A stretch of 64,000 nucleotides of DNA from positions 238,417 through 302,416 of the forward strand of contig WARW01000022.1 in the NCBI GenBank assembly GCA_013387215.1. Direction: 5' to 3'. Made by a program: the position numbers and the translations under genes. Shown here in pieces: positions 31,185-41,222 of this stretch (its first letter is position 1; the number at the start of each line of letters is the position of its first letter). The notes beneath the pieces are model-generated. The model searched no databases. It was not told where the DNA came from and was given only the letters and a program-made list of their open reading frames with translations. The stretch is from Patescibacteria group bacterium. Lineage in GTDB: Bacteria > Patescibacteriota > Microgenomatia > UBA12405.

Positions 31185-31443
31185 ATATATAAATTTTTAT
31201 AATTCCGAACAAGCTCACAACTCCCACAAAGTAATTATGTTGTATCGGAGAACTTTAAAGGTTATTTAATTTTACCCAAGAAATTAATAATTTGGGTAAG
31301 TATTTTGCATATAAGCAAATATCTTTTTTTGGTGAACGATTTTTCAATGCTACGTTGCGGTTAACTAGGTTAAATCGGACCGACTCAAATAAGGTCTAAA
31401 GTTTTGTTTTTGTAGTTTAACAAAAAGTCATTTAAATGGCAAA

Positions 31444-32079
31444 TTACTTGCGAATCAACTGACATTTGCCACTAGCATCTGGATATTTTCCTTGAATTAT
31501 ACATTCATACCCAGCAGGACAGGCTGCATTAGCTATACCACCGCACATTTTTGCGGCAACAGGAGTTGGAGTTGTAGTTAGTTTTGACTTAACTATAACT
31601 ATATAACTTTTAGCGTTTTCTTTTAGACCACTTGGGTTATCGGCTTCAAAAACCAAATACATTGGATTACTCTTGGCAGAATAATTAAGTACCGCTTTAA
31701 AATCAACTTTTCCACCTTGAGTCCATGAACCTGGAGTTACTTCTTTGGCAATGCTTTGGATAATTACCTTTCTATTGGAATCGAGAAGCTTAATATTGAA
31801 AGAGCCTTCAAACATCCAAGAACTGTCGATTTTACCAGTGACCGTTAACGGGCTGCTAATGACTGTGCCATCTTTTATATTCGAAACAATTGGAGCTGGA
31901 GACGGAGTTGGTGCACGAGTGACTTTTGGAGTGACAACAATATTATTTTGAGTTTCAACAACGATACCTTTTGAAATTTCATTGATGTAAACTTCAAACA
32001 GAATAAAAGTGAAAAATGCCGCCATAACTACGGCAAAAAACGTTGTGGAGAATTTTAAATTTTGTTCTTTTTGTGACAT
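31444..32079 (-). CDS. Gmad2 Ig-like domain membrane protein with Cys-rich tail
   Basis: SSPL.V.G...WMFEGSF, ADNPSG, CGGIA...CP.GY.C. Confidence 0.75.
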   Translation of the reverse strand: MSQKEQNLKFSTTFFAVVMAAFFTFILFEVYINEISKGIVVETQNNIVVTPKVTRAPTPSPAPIVSNIKDGTVISSPLTVTGKIDSSWMFEGSFNIKLLDSNRKVIIQSIAKEVTPGSWTQGGKVDFKAVLNYSAKSNPMYLVFEADNPSGLKENAKSYIVIVKSKLTTTPTPVAAKMCGGIANAACPAGYECIIQGKYPDASGKCQLIRK

Positions 32080-32095
32080 ATATAATTAAATAATA

Positions 32096-33157
32096 TCACC
32101 ATTGAGGGATAAATTGTTTAACATTTGTTTCATCAATAATGACCTGTTTTGCTTTTCCATCTAGAATCATTTTGGCTGACTTTCGGCAAAGGCCTTCAAT
32201 GTTGCGCTGAAGAGTACGAACACCAGCATCGAAACCTAATGGACGAACGATTTGAGACCAAACATCGGGAGATATTTTTATTTCTTCATTGCTTAATCCA
32301 CAGTTAGAAATTGCTTTTGGCAAAATATAATCTCTGCCGATAACAATTTTTTCATCATCATTGTAGGAAGGCATTTGGATTACTTCCAAACGGTCCATCA
32401 CAGCGGTAGCAATCCGGGCAGTGTTGTTGCAGGTGGCACAGAAAAAGGCTTGAGACAAATCGATTGGATAATCAATATAATGATCAACAAAATGATTATT
32501 TTGTTCAGGGTCGAGAAGTTCAACAAGAACACCCATGATCGTGTTTAAAGCATCATCGGCAACACGGTCGATTTCATCCAAAAGAATAATCGGATTATTA
32601 CTTTTACAATTAACAAGGCCTTTGATGATTTGTCCTGGTTCGGCTTCAGGATAAATGCGGGAACGGCCTCTTAAATATAAAGGATCACCTAGACCTCCAA
32701 AAGGAATTCTTATTAATTGCCGACCCATAACTTCAGCAATCGATTTGGCCATAGTAGTTTTTCCAGTACCAACCAAGCCAACAAACAATAAAACTGGGGC
32801 ACGCATTGGCTTGTCGGGATTTCGGTTGTTTTGGAGAGCCAAAACGGAAATATATTCCAATAATCTTTCTTTGACACTATCCAAACCAAAATGATTGTCA
32901 TTTAATTTTTCTTGAGCATATTGCAGGTCTAAAATATCTTTGGTTTTGGTGAACCAGGGAATTTTAATTAGCCAGTCAATATAGTTGTTAGCGATTTGAT
33001 AATTTTGCCAAAAAGTTTGATCGTTATGGGAATTAATTGAGAGCTGAGAAAACATTTCTTTAACTTTTTCTTCCAGACCTTCGGGTATTTTTACAGCATC
33101 AATTTTAGCCTTAAGCTTTTCAATTGCCTCGTCTTTTGATAATAAAACTTTATCCAT
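32096..33157 (-). CDS. Lon-type AAA+ ATPase module without protease domain
   Basis: HFGL..VKERLLEY, GLVGTGKT, LLDEID, LLDPEQN..F.DHY. Ends before the Lon_C domain. Confidence 0.85.
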   Translation of the reverse strand: MDKVLLSKDEAIEKLKAKIDAVKIPEGLEEKVKEMFSQLSINSHNDQTFWQNYQIANNYIDWLIKIPWFTKTKDILDLQYAQEKLNDNHFGLDSVKERLLEYISVLALQNNRNPDKPMRAPVLLFVGLVGTGKTTMAKSIAEVMGRQLIRIPFGGLGDPLYLRGRSRIYPEAEPGQIIKGLVNCKSNNPIILLDEIDRVADDALNTIMGVLVELLDPEQNNHFVDHYIDYPIDLSQAFFCATCNNTARIATAVMDRLEVIQMPSYNDDEKIVIGRDYILPKAISNCGLSNEEIKISPDVWSQIVRPLGFDAGVRTLQRNIEGLCRKSAKMILDGKAKQVIIDETNVKQFIPQW

Positions 33158-33193
33158 GTAAAAAGTATAGATTATTTTGAGAGTAAAGTCAGT

Positions 33194-33514
33194 TCAAAGA
33201 TTAGGATTCTTTTTTTTCTGAAAGTCATGTTCAATTTTTTGAGCCACTGTAAAATCACGAGCGGTGACTTTTCCGCCAACGCTGAAACGAGTTAATTCAA
33301 AGCGAACTTTTTTGAAACTTATGAAAATATCAGGATGATGGTCAAGAGAATTACAAAAATCAACAAGACCGTCAATAAAATGGACAGCATCGGTAAAAGA
33401 AGCAAATTCAAACGTTTTGATAATTTTATTGGATTCGTATTTCCAGTCTGGAAAAGATTTTAATCGAGAAATGATTTCTGTTTCGGATAAGGGAATTAAA
33501 TCTTTATCTGCCAT
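33194..33514 (-). CDS. Pterin-4a-carbinolamine dehydratase family
   Basis: F.F..F..A, DHHPD, G.VT..D. Confidence 0.85.
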   Translation of the reverse strand: MADKDLIPLSETEIISRLKSFPDWKYESNKIIKTFEFASFTDAVHFIDGLVDFCNSLDHHPDIFISFKKVRFELTRFSVGGKVTARDFTVAQKIEHDFQKKKNPNL

Positions 33515-33516
33515 AA

Positions 33517-33780
33517 TTATTCTTTATATATATCGTCAATATAGCAATATTGCCAATCTTCACCAGGTTCGAATGATTTGATAACCGGATGATTGGTGGA
33601 ATGAAAATGCTTGGTGGCATGTTTATTTTTGGATTGGTCGCAGCAACCAACATGACCACAAGTTAAGCAGAGACGTAAATGGACCCAAGTATCACCCATC
33701 TTAAGGCATTCTTCACAGCCTTGAGTGTTGGCTTTAATATTATTATTGGCATTTTTAAGATGCTGGCAAAGTGTTATCAT
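33517..33780 (-). CDS. UBP-type zinc finger protein
   Basis: CEEC..W.HLRLCLTCGHVGCCD.S..KHA..H. Confidence 0.88.
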   Translation of the reverse strand: MITLCQHLKNANNNIKANTQGCEECLKMGDTWVHLRLCLTCGHVGCCDQSKNKHATKHFHSTNHPVIKSFEPGEDWQYCYIDDIYKE

Positions 33781-33797
33781 TTTTCTTTTTATAAAAT

Positions 33798-34424
33798 TTA
33801 GGGAAGTATTTTGATGGCACTCATCCAATTTGTTTCAAGTTTTTCCTGAAGAGACATTTGGATTAGCTGCATTCCTTCCAGATATCTCGCTCTTTTTAGC
33901 GGTCCAACATAAAGACCACGCAATCCTCCATCCCTAGTTAACTTCACAATAGCATCGGCTGCAAGAGTATCATCTGATGCAATATAGATATCCAGCTTCT
34001 TTCCATCAACTTCCCCTGCAAGAAGCGGGCCAGCAAAGACAGTGTTAAATGCTTTTACAAGGTTTGCTCCAGGCGGCAAAAGTTTTTCTATTTCTTCTGC
34101 ACCAGAACTATCTGCTGGCGGAATAAAGTCAAATGTTTGGTAATTAAGAGGATTTGAAATGTCGACAATAATTTTTCCGGCAAGCTGATCTGAATATTTT
34201 TCTACCATTTCCAGAATTACTTGATATGGAAGTGCAAATATAACTACATCGCCAGTAATCGCATCTGTTAACTCCTGGGCTTGAACATCAGCACCAAGGC
34301 TCGAAGCTAATGCTTGAGCATTGCCTAAGTTTCGGTCATATATTGTTAAGGAATGGTTTCCTTTCGCAATTCTTGCGCCAATAGCATTAGCCATGTTTCC
34401 AGAACCAATTATAGATACATTCAT
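33798..34424 (-). CDS. NADPH-dependent F420 reductase-like oxidoreductase
   Basis: IIGSGNMA, VDISNP, VKAFNT. Confidence 0.85.
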   Translation of the reverse strand: MNVSIIGSGNMANAIGARIAKGNHSLTIYDRNLGNAQALASSLGADVQAQELTDAITGDVVIFALPYQVILEMVEKYSDQLAGKIIVDISNPLNYQTFDFIPPADSSGAEEIEKLLPPGANLVKAFNTVFAGPLLAGEVDGKKLDIYIASDDTLAADAIVKLTRDGGLRGLYVGPLKRARYLEGMQLIQMSLQEKLETNWMSAIKILP

Positions 34425-34542
34425 AGCGTGAGATTACTCTTACATTATTAAAAAAATGTAAATAACAATACTAAATAATGTAAGTTTGAACGGTCAATTT
34501 TATAGTTCAATTAAAAAAGATTAGTTTTTTGGAAAACGAAAT

Positions 34543-34821
34543 CTATTTCACTAGTCCTCGAATAATTAAGTAAGGTACTAGAGTGATAATAAGTAATACA
34601 ACAAATAAAAATAACCCACCAAATACTGCAGTTAAACCCATTATTAGTGACTGAAAAATAAATACTAAAACAAAACCAATTAAATTACCGTTATGAGCGT
34701 TGATAAATAATTCCACAATCCACCTATAGAAAGCCCATATTCCTGCAAAAAACAATGATATATTCCATAAAATTCCATAATAAGAACCATGTTTTGAAAA
34801 GAAATTTTTAAGTTTATCCAT
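34543..34821 (-). CDS. Small membrane protein
   Basis: Hydrophobic 92 aa ORF. Confidence 0.55.
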   Translation of the reverse strand: MDKLKNFFSKHGSYYGILWNISLFFAGIWAFYRWIVELFINAHNGNLIGFVLVFIFQSLIMGLTAVFGGLFLFVVLLIITLVPYLIIRGLVK

Positions 34822-34828
34822 TTATAAA

Positions 34829-35062
34829 TTATTTATATAAGGATTTATAACCTTTCTTTCCTGTATAAGGATTGTAATTACCTTTAGTTGAGTAATTATC
34901 AATTCTAGTTTTATTTGGGCTGCTTCGATAATGTGGCATAACAACTCTGCCCGTACTCGGTTTATAGTAACTTCTTACACGAGTAATAGCTTCAGTTTTA
35001 TTATGAAAAGAAGTAAAGATAGTGATACTTAAAAAGGTTAAAAGAAAAATAAAATATTTCAT
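34829..35062 (-). CDS. Small secreted basic protein
   Basis: Signal-like N-terminus, VRSYY...HYRS.PN....DNYST.GN.NPYTG motif. Confidence 0.7.
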   Translation of the reverse strand: MKYFIFLLTFLSITIFTSFHNKTEAITRVRSYYKPSTGRVVMPHYRSSPNKTRIDNYSTKGNYNPYTGKKGYKSLYK

Positions 35063-35104
35063 TGGCTGTATGTTACTCTACAAAAATGAACAGAAAATGA
35101 ATTC

Positions 35105-35131
35105 AAAAAATACCGGCACTTCTGCCGGTAT
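35105..35131 (-). terminator. Terminator after pnp
   Basis: ATACCGGCA/TGCCGGTAT hairpin plus U-tract. Confidence 0.75.
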
Positions 35132-35151
35132 TAAAATTCAAATAATTTTAT

Positions 35152-37368
35152 TTATCTTCGATTGTCGCGTCGGTCACGATCACCATATCTTGGAGGTCCG
35201 AATTTTCGGAATCCACCACTTTGTCGATTGTCACTGCCGAATTGGGCTCGGTTGCCATCGTCTTGACGAGGTTGACCAGGATGAGCAGCTTTAAATTCTG
35301 GAGAAGACAATTTAATTTGGTGATTGTCGTTAAATCCAGAAATCTGGACATTTAATTTATCGCCAACTTTAATGATGGATGATGGATCAGATAAGAAACC
35401 ACCAGACATTTCAGAAACATGGAGCAATGCTTCACGGCCTGGTAAGAATTCAACAAAAGCACCATAATTTTCAACACGGGTAACAACACCGTTGTATTGT
35501 TCGCCAATTTGAACTTCTTTAATCATGGATTCGATTTCGTAAGCAGCATCAGCAATCTTGATTTGATCTTGAGAGGAAATTGAAGCTTTACCTTCATCAT
35601 CAATATCGATTTGGACACCGTATTTTTCCATTAGGGCTTTGATGGTTTTACCACCGCTACCAATAACTTCACCAATTTTATCTTCAGGAAGTCTGACCAT
35701 TTTAATTTTTGGAGCAGTTGCAGAAAGCTCGGCTCTTGGTTCTGCCAAAGTTTCGGTCATTTTATCAAGGATTTGCAAACGAGCTTTGGTAGAAGCAGTA
35801 AAAGTATCGTGAATCATTGGAAGAGTTAAACCTTGTCTTTTGATATCTAATTGAATGGCAGTAATTCCATTTCTGGTCCCAGTGATTTTGAAATCCATGT
35901 CACCATTGTGGTCTTCGATGCCAGCAATATCGGTTAAAAGAAGATATTTGTCGTCACCTTCAGAGACCATACCAATGGAAATTCCAGCGACTTTGTCTTT
36001 GATTGGAACACCAGCATCCATAAGAGACATGGTGGAACCACAAGTAGAAGCCATTGAAGAAGAACCGTTTTGGGATAAAACTTCAGAGGTTAAAACGATG
36101 GTATATGGGAATTCATCTTCAGTTGGAATGACGGGAATTAAGGCTTTTTCAGCTAATGCACCGTGGCCAATTTCGCGTCGACCAGGTCTTCCGACTCTGC
36201 CTGTTTGACCAGTAGAGTATGGACCAGCAGAATAATAATGAAGATATCTTTTGGTGGTTTCACCACTGGAATCTTCAAGATATTGTTTTTCAGATAATGG
36301 AGCCAAAGTGGTAACAGTGATGGCTTGGGTTAAACCTCTTTGGAAAAGGGCTGAACCGTGAGTCATTGGCAAAACACCAGCTTCAATATTGAGTGGACGG
36401 ATTTCGTCAACAGCTCTTTTATCGTAACGGGTTCCAGCTAAAGTTTGAGCTCTAAAATATTTTTTTATAATCAAATCAACAGCTTGAACGACATGATTTT
36501 CAGAAACTTCTTCAGCTTTGATTTTATCTTCATAAAGTTTTTTAGCTTTATCAACGATAGCTTCTTGACCAGCCATGTGGGCACCATCTACACCCTCTTC
36601 TAAGAATTTATCAACATCAGATTTGATTTCTTTTTCAATTTCAGTAATTAATTCAGCTGAGGCACCAGCAGGTTCAAATGATTTCTTTGGTTTGCCGCAT
36701 TCTTTAGCAAATTCCATAAGTTGTTTGTTGACCTCATCGCCAGTTTCTTTAGCTAAATCAATACCTTTAATAGCAGTTTCGTTATCAACAATGTTAGCGT
36801 CACATTCGATCATGTTGACACCAGCAGCACCAGTACAAACCAAAAGATCCATTTGGGATTTGGTTAGTTCAATGGCAGTTGGATTAATAACTAATTGATT
36901 GTCAATATAACCAACTCGGACAGCTGAAACTGGAGAGTTGAAAGGAATATCGGAAATAGCGAGAGCTGCAGAAGCGCCTAAGAAAGCAGGAATAATAACG
37001 TCGTTTTCTTTATCATTACTGAGAACAGTAACTATAATTTGGACTTCGTTTAAGAAACCTTCTGGAAATAAAGGACGTAATGATCGGTCAATAATACGAC
37101 CGAAGAGAATAGAATTATCGGAAGGGTTGCCATCACGCTTAATCCATTTTCCACCTTTAACAATGCCGCCAGCATAAAGTTTATCGGCAAATTCAACAGA
37201 CAAAGGAAAATAATCCTTACTGTTATCAAGTTTGCCCATCATGACTGTAGCTAAAATAACGGTATTGCCGTATTGAGCCACGACAGAGGCATTGGTTTGA
37301 GGAGCAAGTTTTCCCGTAGAGAGTGTAACTTTTTTATCTCCAATTAAAATGTCTTTTTTATATTCCAT
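35152..37368 (-). CDS. pnp: Polyribonucleotide nucleotidyltransferase
   Basis: RREIGHGALAE, NGSSSMAS, GDMDFK, KH and S1 domains. Confidence 0.97.
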   Translation of the reverse strand: MEYKKDILIGDKKVTLSTGKLAPQTNASVVAQYGNTVILATVMMGKLDNSKDYFPLSVEFADKLYAGGIVKGGKWIKRDGNPSDNSILFGRIIDRSLRPLFPEGFLNEVQIIVTVLSNDKENDVIIPAFLGASAALAISDIPFNSPVSAVRVGYIDNQLVINPTAIELTKSQMDLLVCTGAAGVNMIECDANIVDNETAIKGIDLAKETGDEVNKQLMEFAKECGKPKKSFEPAGASAELITEIEKEIKSDVDKFLEEGVDGAHMAGQEAIVDKAKKLYEDKIKAEEVSENHVVQAVDLIIKKYFRAQTLAGTRYDKRAVDEIRPLNIEAGVLPMTHGSALFQRGLTQAITVTTLAPLSEKQYLEDSSGETTKRYLHYYSAGPYSTGQTGRVGRPGRREIGHGALAEKALIPVIPTEDEFPYTIVLTSEVLSQNGSSSMASTCGSTMSLMDAGVPIKDKVAGISIGMVSEGDDKYLLLTDIAGIEDHNGDMDFKITGTRNGITAIQLDIKRQGLTLPMIHDTFTASTKARLQILDKMTETLAEPRAELSATAPKIKMVRLPEDKIGEVIGSGGKTIKALMEKYGVQIDIDDEGKASISSQDQIKIADAAYEIESMIKEVQIGEQYNGVVTRVENYGAFVEFLPGREALLHVSEMSGGFLSDPSSIIKVGDKLNVQISGFNDNHQIKLSSPEFKAAHPGQPRQDDGNRAQFGSDNRQSGGFRKFGPPRYGDRDRRDNRR

Positions 37369-37417
37369 ATGTTAATTATAGGTAATCCAAACTAAAGTAG
37401 AAAGAAGCTTTTAGGCT

Positions 37418-37687
37418 TTACTTTTTGAGACCGAGATCTTTGGTGACTTTGACGTATCTTTCTGGATTATGAAGTGAAAGGTATCGAAGTAATCTTCGTC
37501 TTTTAGCAATCTTGCTTAAAATTCCGCGCTTAGCAGGAGAATCGTGTTTATTTTCAGTTAAATGACCTTGGAGTTTTTCAACTTCTTTGGTTAAAATAGC
37601 AATTTGGATTTCTGGAGAACCAGTATCACCTTTTGCTTGAGCGTACTTAACAATAATATCTTGTTTTTCTTCTTTGGTTAATGCCAT
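37418..37687 (-). CDS. rpsO: 30S ribosomal protein S15
   Basis: GDTGSPEIQIA..HD...RG. Confidence 0.96.
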   Translation of the reverse strand: MALTKEEKQDIIVKYAQAKGDTGSPEIQIAILTKEVEKLQGHLTENKHDSPAKRGILSKIAKRRRLLRYLSLHNPERYVKVTKDLGLKK

Positions 37688-37775
37688 AGAGATTTTGGCT
37701 ATTTATCGGTAAATTATAATGTGACAGAATGGCTCCCGTCAGACCGACATAATAGTTATGGGCCTATTATACCAC

Positions 37776-37806
37776 AAAAAAGCCGGCAGGAAGCCGGCTT
37801 TTTTTT
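37776..37806. terminator. Bidirectional intrinsic terminator
   Basis: AAAAAAGCCGGC-AGGAA-GCCGGCTTTTTT. Confidence 0.8.
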
Positions 37807-37820
37807 AGTTTATTTTTAAA

Positions 37821-38558
37821 TTAAGCTGTTGGTAAAGTGGCAGCTTGTGGAGCTTGGTTAGCTTCTGGTTGAGTAGCTCTCAAACAAATAGCACCAGCTT
37901 CAAAAGTTTCAGGAGAAACATTGACTGAGAAAGATTGGGTGGCAACACGAAGACCAATTAAAAGATCTTTAGCTGAATCCATATCTAATTTCAAACCTAA
38001 CATAGGAAGCAAGAAGGTAAAAATTTCACTGAATGGTGCATCTTGGTCAATAATAGTAGCTTTAGCCCAAGATTTATTGATATCGGCTGGAGAAATGAAT
38101 ACCCAATTACCTTTATTGACCATGACAGCGTTTGGACCTAAAGAGGTTTCGTCACCTAACATGAAGCCAATGTCGGCAGAAGAAGGTTCGTTATTAATGA
38201 TAATTTGATTATTTTCAATTTTTGGAGCTTGGTCTTTGGTTTTAACAACCAAGTTCAAGTGACCACCGTCATCATTATAGGAAACTTGTTCGATTTGGTC
38301 TAAAGGATAGTTTAAAGAAACGACAAGATCATTTTGACTAAAAACGTCGGTAATTAAATCTAAACCACTAAGTTTGGAATAATTAGCATCAGGTTTTTGA
38401 GGACAATATACTTTAACGTTTAAATTGGATTTCTTTAAAAGTAAAGCTAAGCTTAAAGCTGCGCCAGCACTATCAACAGTAAGTTGAGGGACGGCAATAA
38501 TGGCAGATTTAGCATTTGCTAACAAATTTTTGATTTGATCTACTTTATAGTTTTTCAT
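37821..38558 (-). CDS. Degenerate DHH/NrnA-like protein
   Basis: D..GAALSL N-terminal pattern, located after infB, no DHH triad visible. Confidence 0.5.
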   Translation of the reverse strand: MKNYKVDQIKNLLANAKSAIIAVPQLTVDSAGAALSLALLLKKSNLNVKVYCPQKPDANYSKLSGLDLITDVFSQNDLVVSLNYPLDQIEQVSYNDDGGHLNLVVKTKDQAPKIENNQIIINNEPSSADIGFMLGDETSLGPNAVMVNKGNWVFISPADINKSWAKATIIDQDAPFSEIFTFLLPMLGLKLDMDSAKDLLIGLRVATQSFSVNVSPETFEAGAICLRATQPEANQAPQAATLPTA

Positions 38559-38599
38559 AGCCTGCTTTTACTATTATTTAGACTTTAATATGTATAAAA

Positions 38600-40039
38600 T
38601 TAAGTCTTATAGGATATTATAACATCATTTAGCTTAAAATCAATATAAGGCTTAAAAGTCATGCCACATTCTCCGCCAGATTTGACTTTATCGACAACTT
38701 GCTTGCCAAGTCTGATTCCTTCGACTTTAGTATCTTTTATTATCTTTCCATCACGTTTTATATGGATAAGGTCACCTTTGGAAATTTCACCTTTAGTGCA
38801 TTGGACACCTGCAATTCTGACTTTATCAATTTTGAATTCAGCTTTAATTAGACCTTCACCAAGAACGGTTTCATCGATGGTAGGTTCAAGTAAATGTAAG
38901 ACTTGAGATTGAATATCTTCAATTATTTCGTAGATAATTCGAGATTTAAAGACACGAACCTTGGAGCTTTCGGCTAATTTTTCAATATGAGTGGGAACGT
39001 TAACATTGAAGGCAAATATTTGAGATCTGGTGGTTTCGCCTAAAAATACATCATTGTCAGAAACAGCGCCAATACCTGAGGAGACAACTACCACATCGTC
39101 AGAAAAACTGTGTTCTAGAGCTTCTAAAGTACCCTTAACATCGGCTTTTAAGATAACATTTAGCTTTGGAGTTTCCTCGATACTGGAATTTGTTGGAACA
39201 ACGTCTTTTTTCCGAGTTTCTTCGCAAGCACGCTTGTCTGGAGTAACGACACTGCCTACAGCAGGCACAGTTTCAAAACCAAGAACTTCGACTGGAGTGC
39301 TTGGGACAGCTTCTTTAATAAGCTTGCCAGTATAATCAATCATAGCTTTAACTTTACAAGCAATATCGTCGGCATAAACAATGTCACCCACACGAAGAGT
39401 GCCTTGTTTAACAATCAATGAAGCTACTGGACCACGATTCTTATCCAGCTTGGATTCAATGACAACTGCTTCAACGCAATCGCTTGGGTCGCCGCTTAAA
39501 TCCATAACTTCAGCATTCAATAAGATTTCTTCGAGAAGTTTATCGATTCCTAGGCCAGTTCGAGCGGAAACAGGAATAAGCGGAGTTTGACCACCATATT
39601 CTTCAGGAGTAAAACCAAGTTCAACCAGTTGACCTTTAACTTTGTCAGGCATAGCACCTTCCAAATCCATTTTATTCATGGCGACAATAAAAGGAAGGTC
39701 AGATTTTTTGATAAGTTCCAAACTTTCTTTGGTTTGAGGCATGATGCCTTCAGTGGCAGCAACAACCAAAACCACAATATCGGTTACTTGAGCACCACGA
39801 GCCCGCATGTTGCCAAAAGCAGCGTGTCCAGGAGTATCAATAAAGGTGATTAATTTTTCTTGACCATCAGAAGTTTTGACAGTAGCCTGATATGCACCGA
39901 TATGTTGAGTAATTCCACCAGCTTCTTTTTTGGTAATACTAGTTGATCTGATTCGATCGAGAAGCGAAGTTTTACCATGGTCGATGTGACCCATAACTGC
40001 AACAATAGGTGGTCTGATAGGGGTTTTATTATCGGTCAT
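38600..40039 (-). CDS. infB: Translation initiation factor IF-2 (short)
   Basis: GHIDHGKT, GGITQHIGA, DTPGH, NKMD. Confidence 0.95.
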   Translation of the reverse strand: MTDNKTPIRPPIVAVMGHIDHGKTSLLDRIRSTSITKKEAGGITQHIGAYQATVKTSDGQEKLITFIDTPGHAAFGNMRARGAQVTDIVVLVVAATEGIMPQTKESLELIKKSDLPFIVAMNKMDLEGAMPDKVKGQLVELGFTPEEYGGQTPLIPVSARTGLGIDKLLEEILLNAEVMDLSGDPSDCVEAVVIESKLDKNRGPVASLIVKQGTLRVGDIVYADDIACKVKAMIDYTGKLIKEAVPSTPVEVLGFETVPAVGSVVTPDKRACEETRKKDVVPTNSSIEETPKLNVILKADVKGTLEALEHSFSDDVVVVSSGIGAVSDNDVFLGETTRSQIFAFNVNVPTHIEKLAESSKVRVFKSRIIYEIIEDIQSQVLHLLEPTIDETVLGEGLIKAEFKIDKVRIAGVQCTKGEISKGDLIHIKRDGKIIKDTKVEGIRLGKQVVDKVKSGGECGMTFKPYIDFKLNDVIISYKT

Positions 40040-40101
40040 ATTTTTTAGGTTGATAGGGGCGCAAGAACGCCTTTCAATAATTAATTATTGGAGATTAAGA
40101 G

Positions 40102-41106
40102 TTACTCTTCCTTAGCAGAAGCTTCTGAACTTTGAGTAATTTTGATCTCTAGACCAACCAATTGGCCAGCAAGACGAACGTTTTCGCCACCGCCACCAAT
40201 AGCCAAAGCTAATTGATTTTCAGGTACAGATACAGTAGCGATTTTGTTGGTAACCGAAATTACCTTAACATTTTGTGCTGGAGATAGTGCTTGAATAATA
40301 AATTGGTTGATATTTTTGGAGAAAAGAACCACATCAACTTTTTCTTCGTTAGGAAGTTCGCTTAAAACAGATTGGATGCGGGAACCTTTTTGACCGATAC
40401 AAGATCCCACTGGATCAACTCCAGCTTGAGTGGAAGATACGGCAATTTTAGTTCTTTCACCAGGTGATCTGGCGATTCTTTCGATTTTTACAGTGTTATT
40501 ACCTACTTCAGGCACTTCGCGAGCGAATAGCTCTTCAACAAAGGCAGAATCTCTTCTGGAAAGAATGATTTCGCTTTTTCCAGTTTCATCACGAAGGATT
40601 CTTTGAAGTAAAAATAATTTTTTAGCGCCAAGAGGAAGGATTTCACCTCGGATTTGTTCTTCTTTAGGACAAATACCTTCAGTTTTACCAACACCGACAA
40701 CAGCTTTGAAAGGATCAGTTTTTAAAACTATGCCGTTAATGAGAGTGCCAACTTTTTTGGCATATTCAGAAACAACAGCTTCTTTTTCTGCTTCGTGGAT
40801 TTTTTGATCGATAACTTGTTTAGCAGTTTGAGCAGCAATACGACCGAAACCTGGAGGGGTGACGTCGGATTTTTTCTTGTCTTCAATTTTGTAAACTCGG
40901 AATGAACCAGTTTCTGGAGACAATTCAACTGTAAATTGGTCTTCTTCATCAATAATGATTCCGTGTTCTTTTTGATCTCTTTTGTAGGCAGAAATTAAAC
41001 CGAATTCAATTGAATCTAAGATTAATTGCACATCAATATTGCGCTCGCCAGCGATCTGGGCTACGGCTACAGCAAATTCTGTTTTTGGTAGTTTTTTTAA
41101 ATCCAT
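40102..41106 (-). CDS. nusA: Transcription factor NusA
   Basis: FGRIAAQTAKQ, EVPE, DPVGSCIG..G.R. Confidence 0.95.
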   Translation of the reverse strand: MDLKKLPKTEFAVAVAQIAGERNIDVQLILDSIEFGLISAYKRDQKEHGIIIDEEDQFTVELSPETGSFRVYKIEDKKKSDVTPPGFGRIAAQTAKQVIDQKIHEAEKEAVVSEYAKKVGTLINGIVLKTDPFKAVVGVGKTEGICPKEEQIRGEILPLGAKKLFLLQRILRDETGKSEIILSRRDSAFVEELFAREVPEVGNNTVKIERIARSPGERTKIAVSSTQAGVDPVGSCIGQKGSRIQSVLSELPNEEKVDVVLFSKNINQFIIQALSPAQNVKVISVTNKIATVSVPENQLALAIGGGGENVRLAGQLVGLEIKITQSSEASAKEE

Positions 41107-41222
41107 ATTTTTCTCCTGCAAATTAAAAATGGGGCGATACTTCACCCCATTCAAAACTTACTTATATTAAACTGAGTTATTATACCAGAAGAGTCGGTCC
41201 TATTACAATTCTTTAGGAAGCA

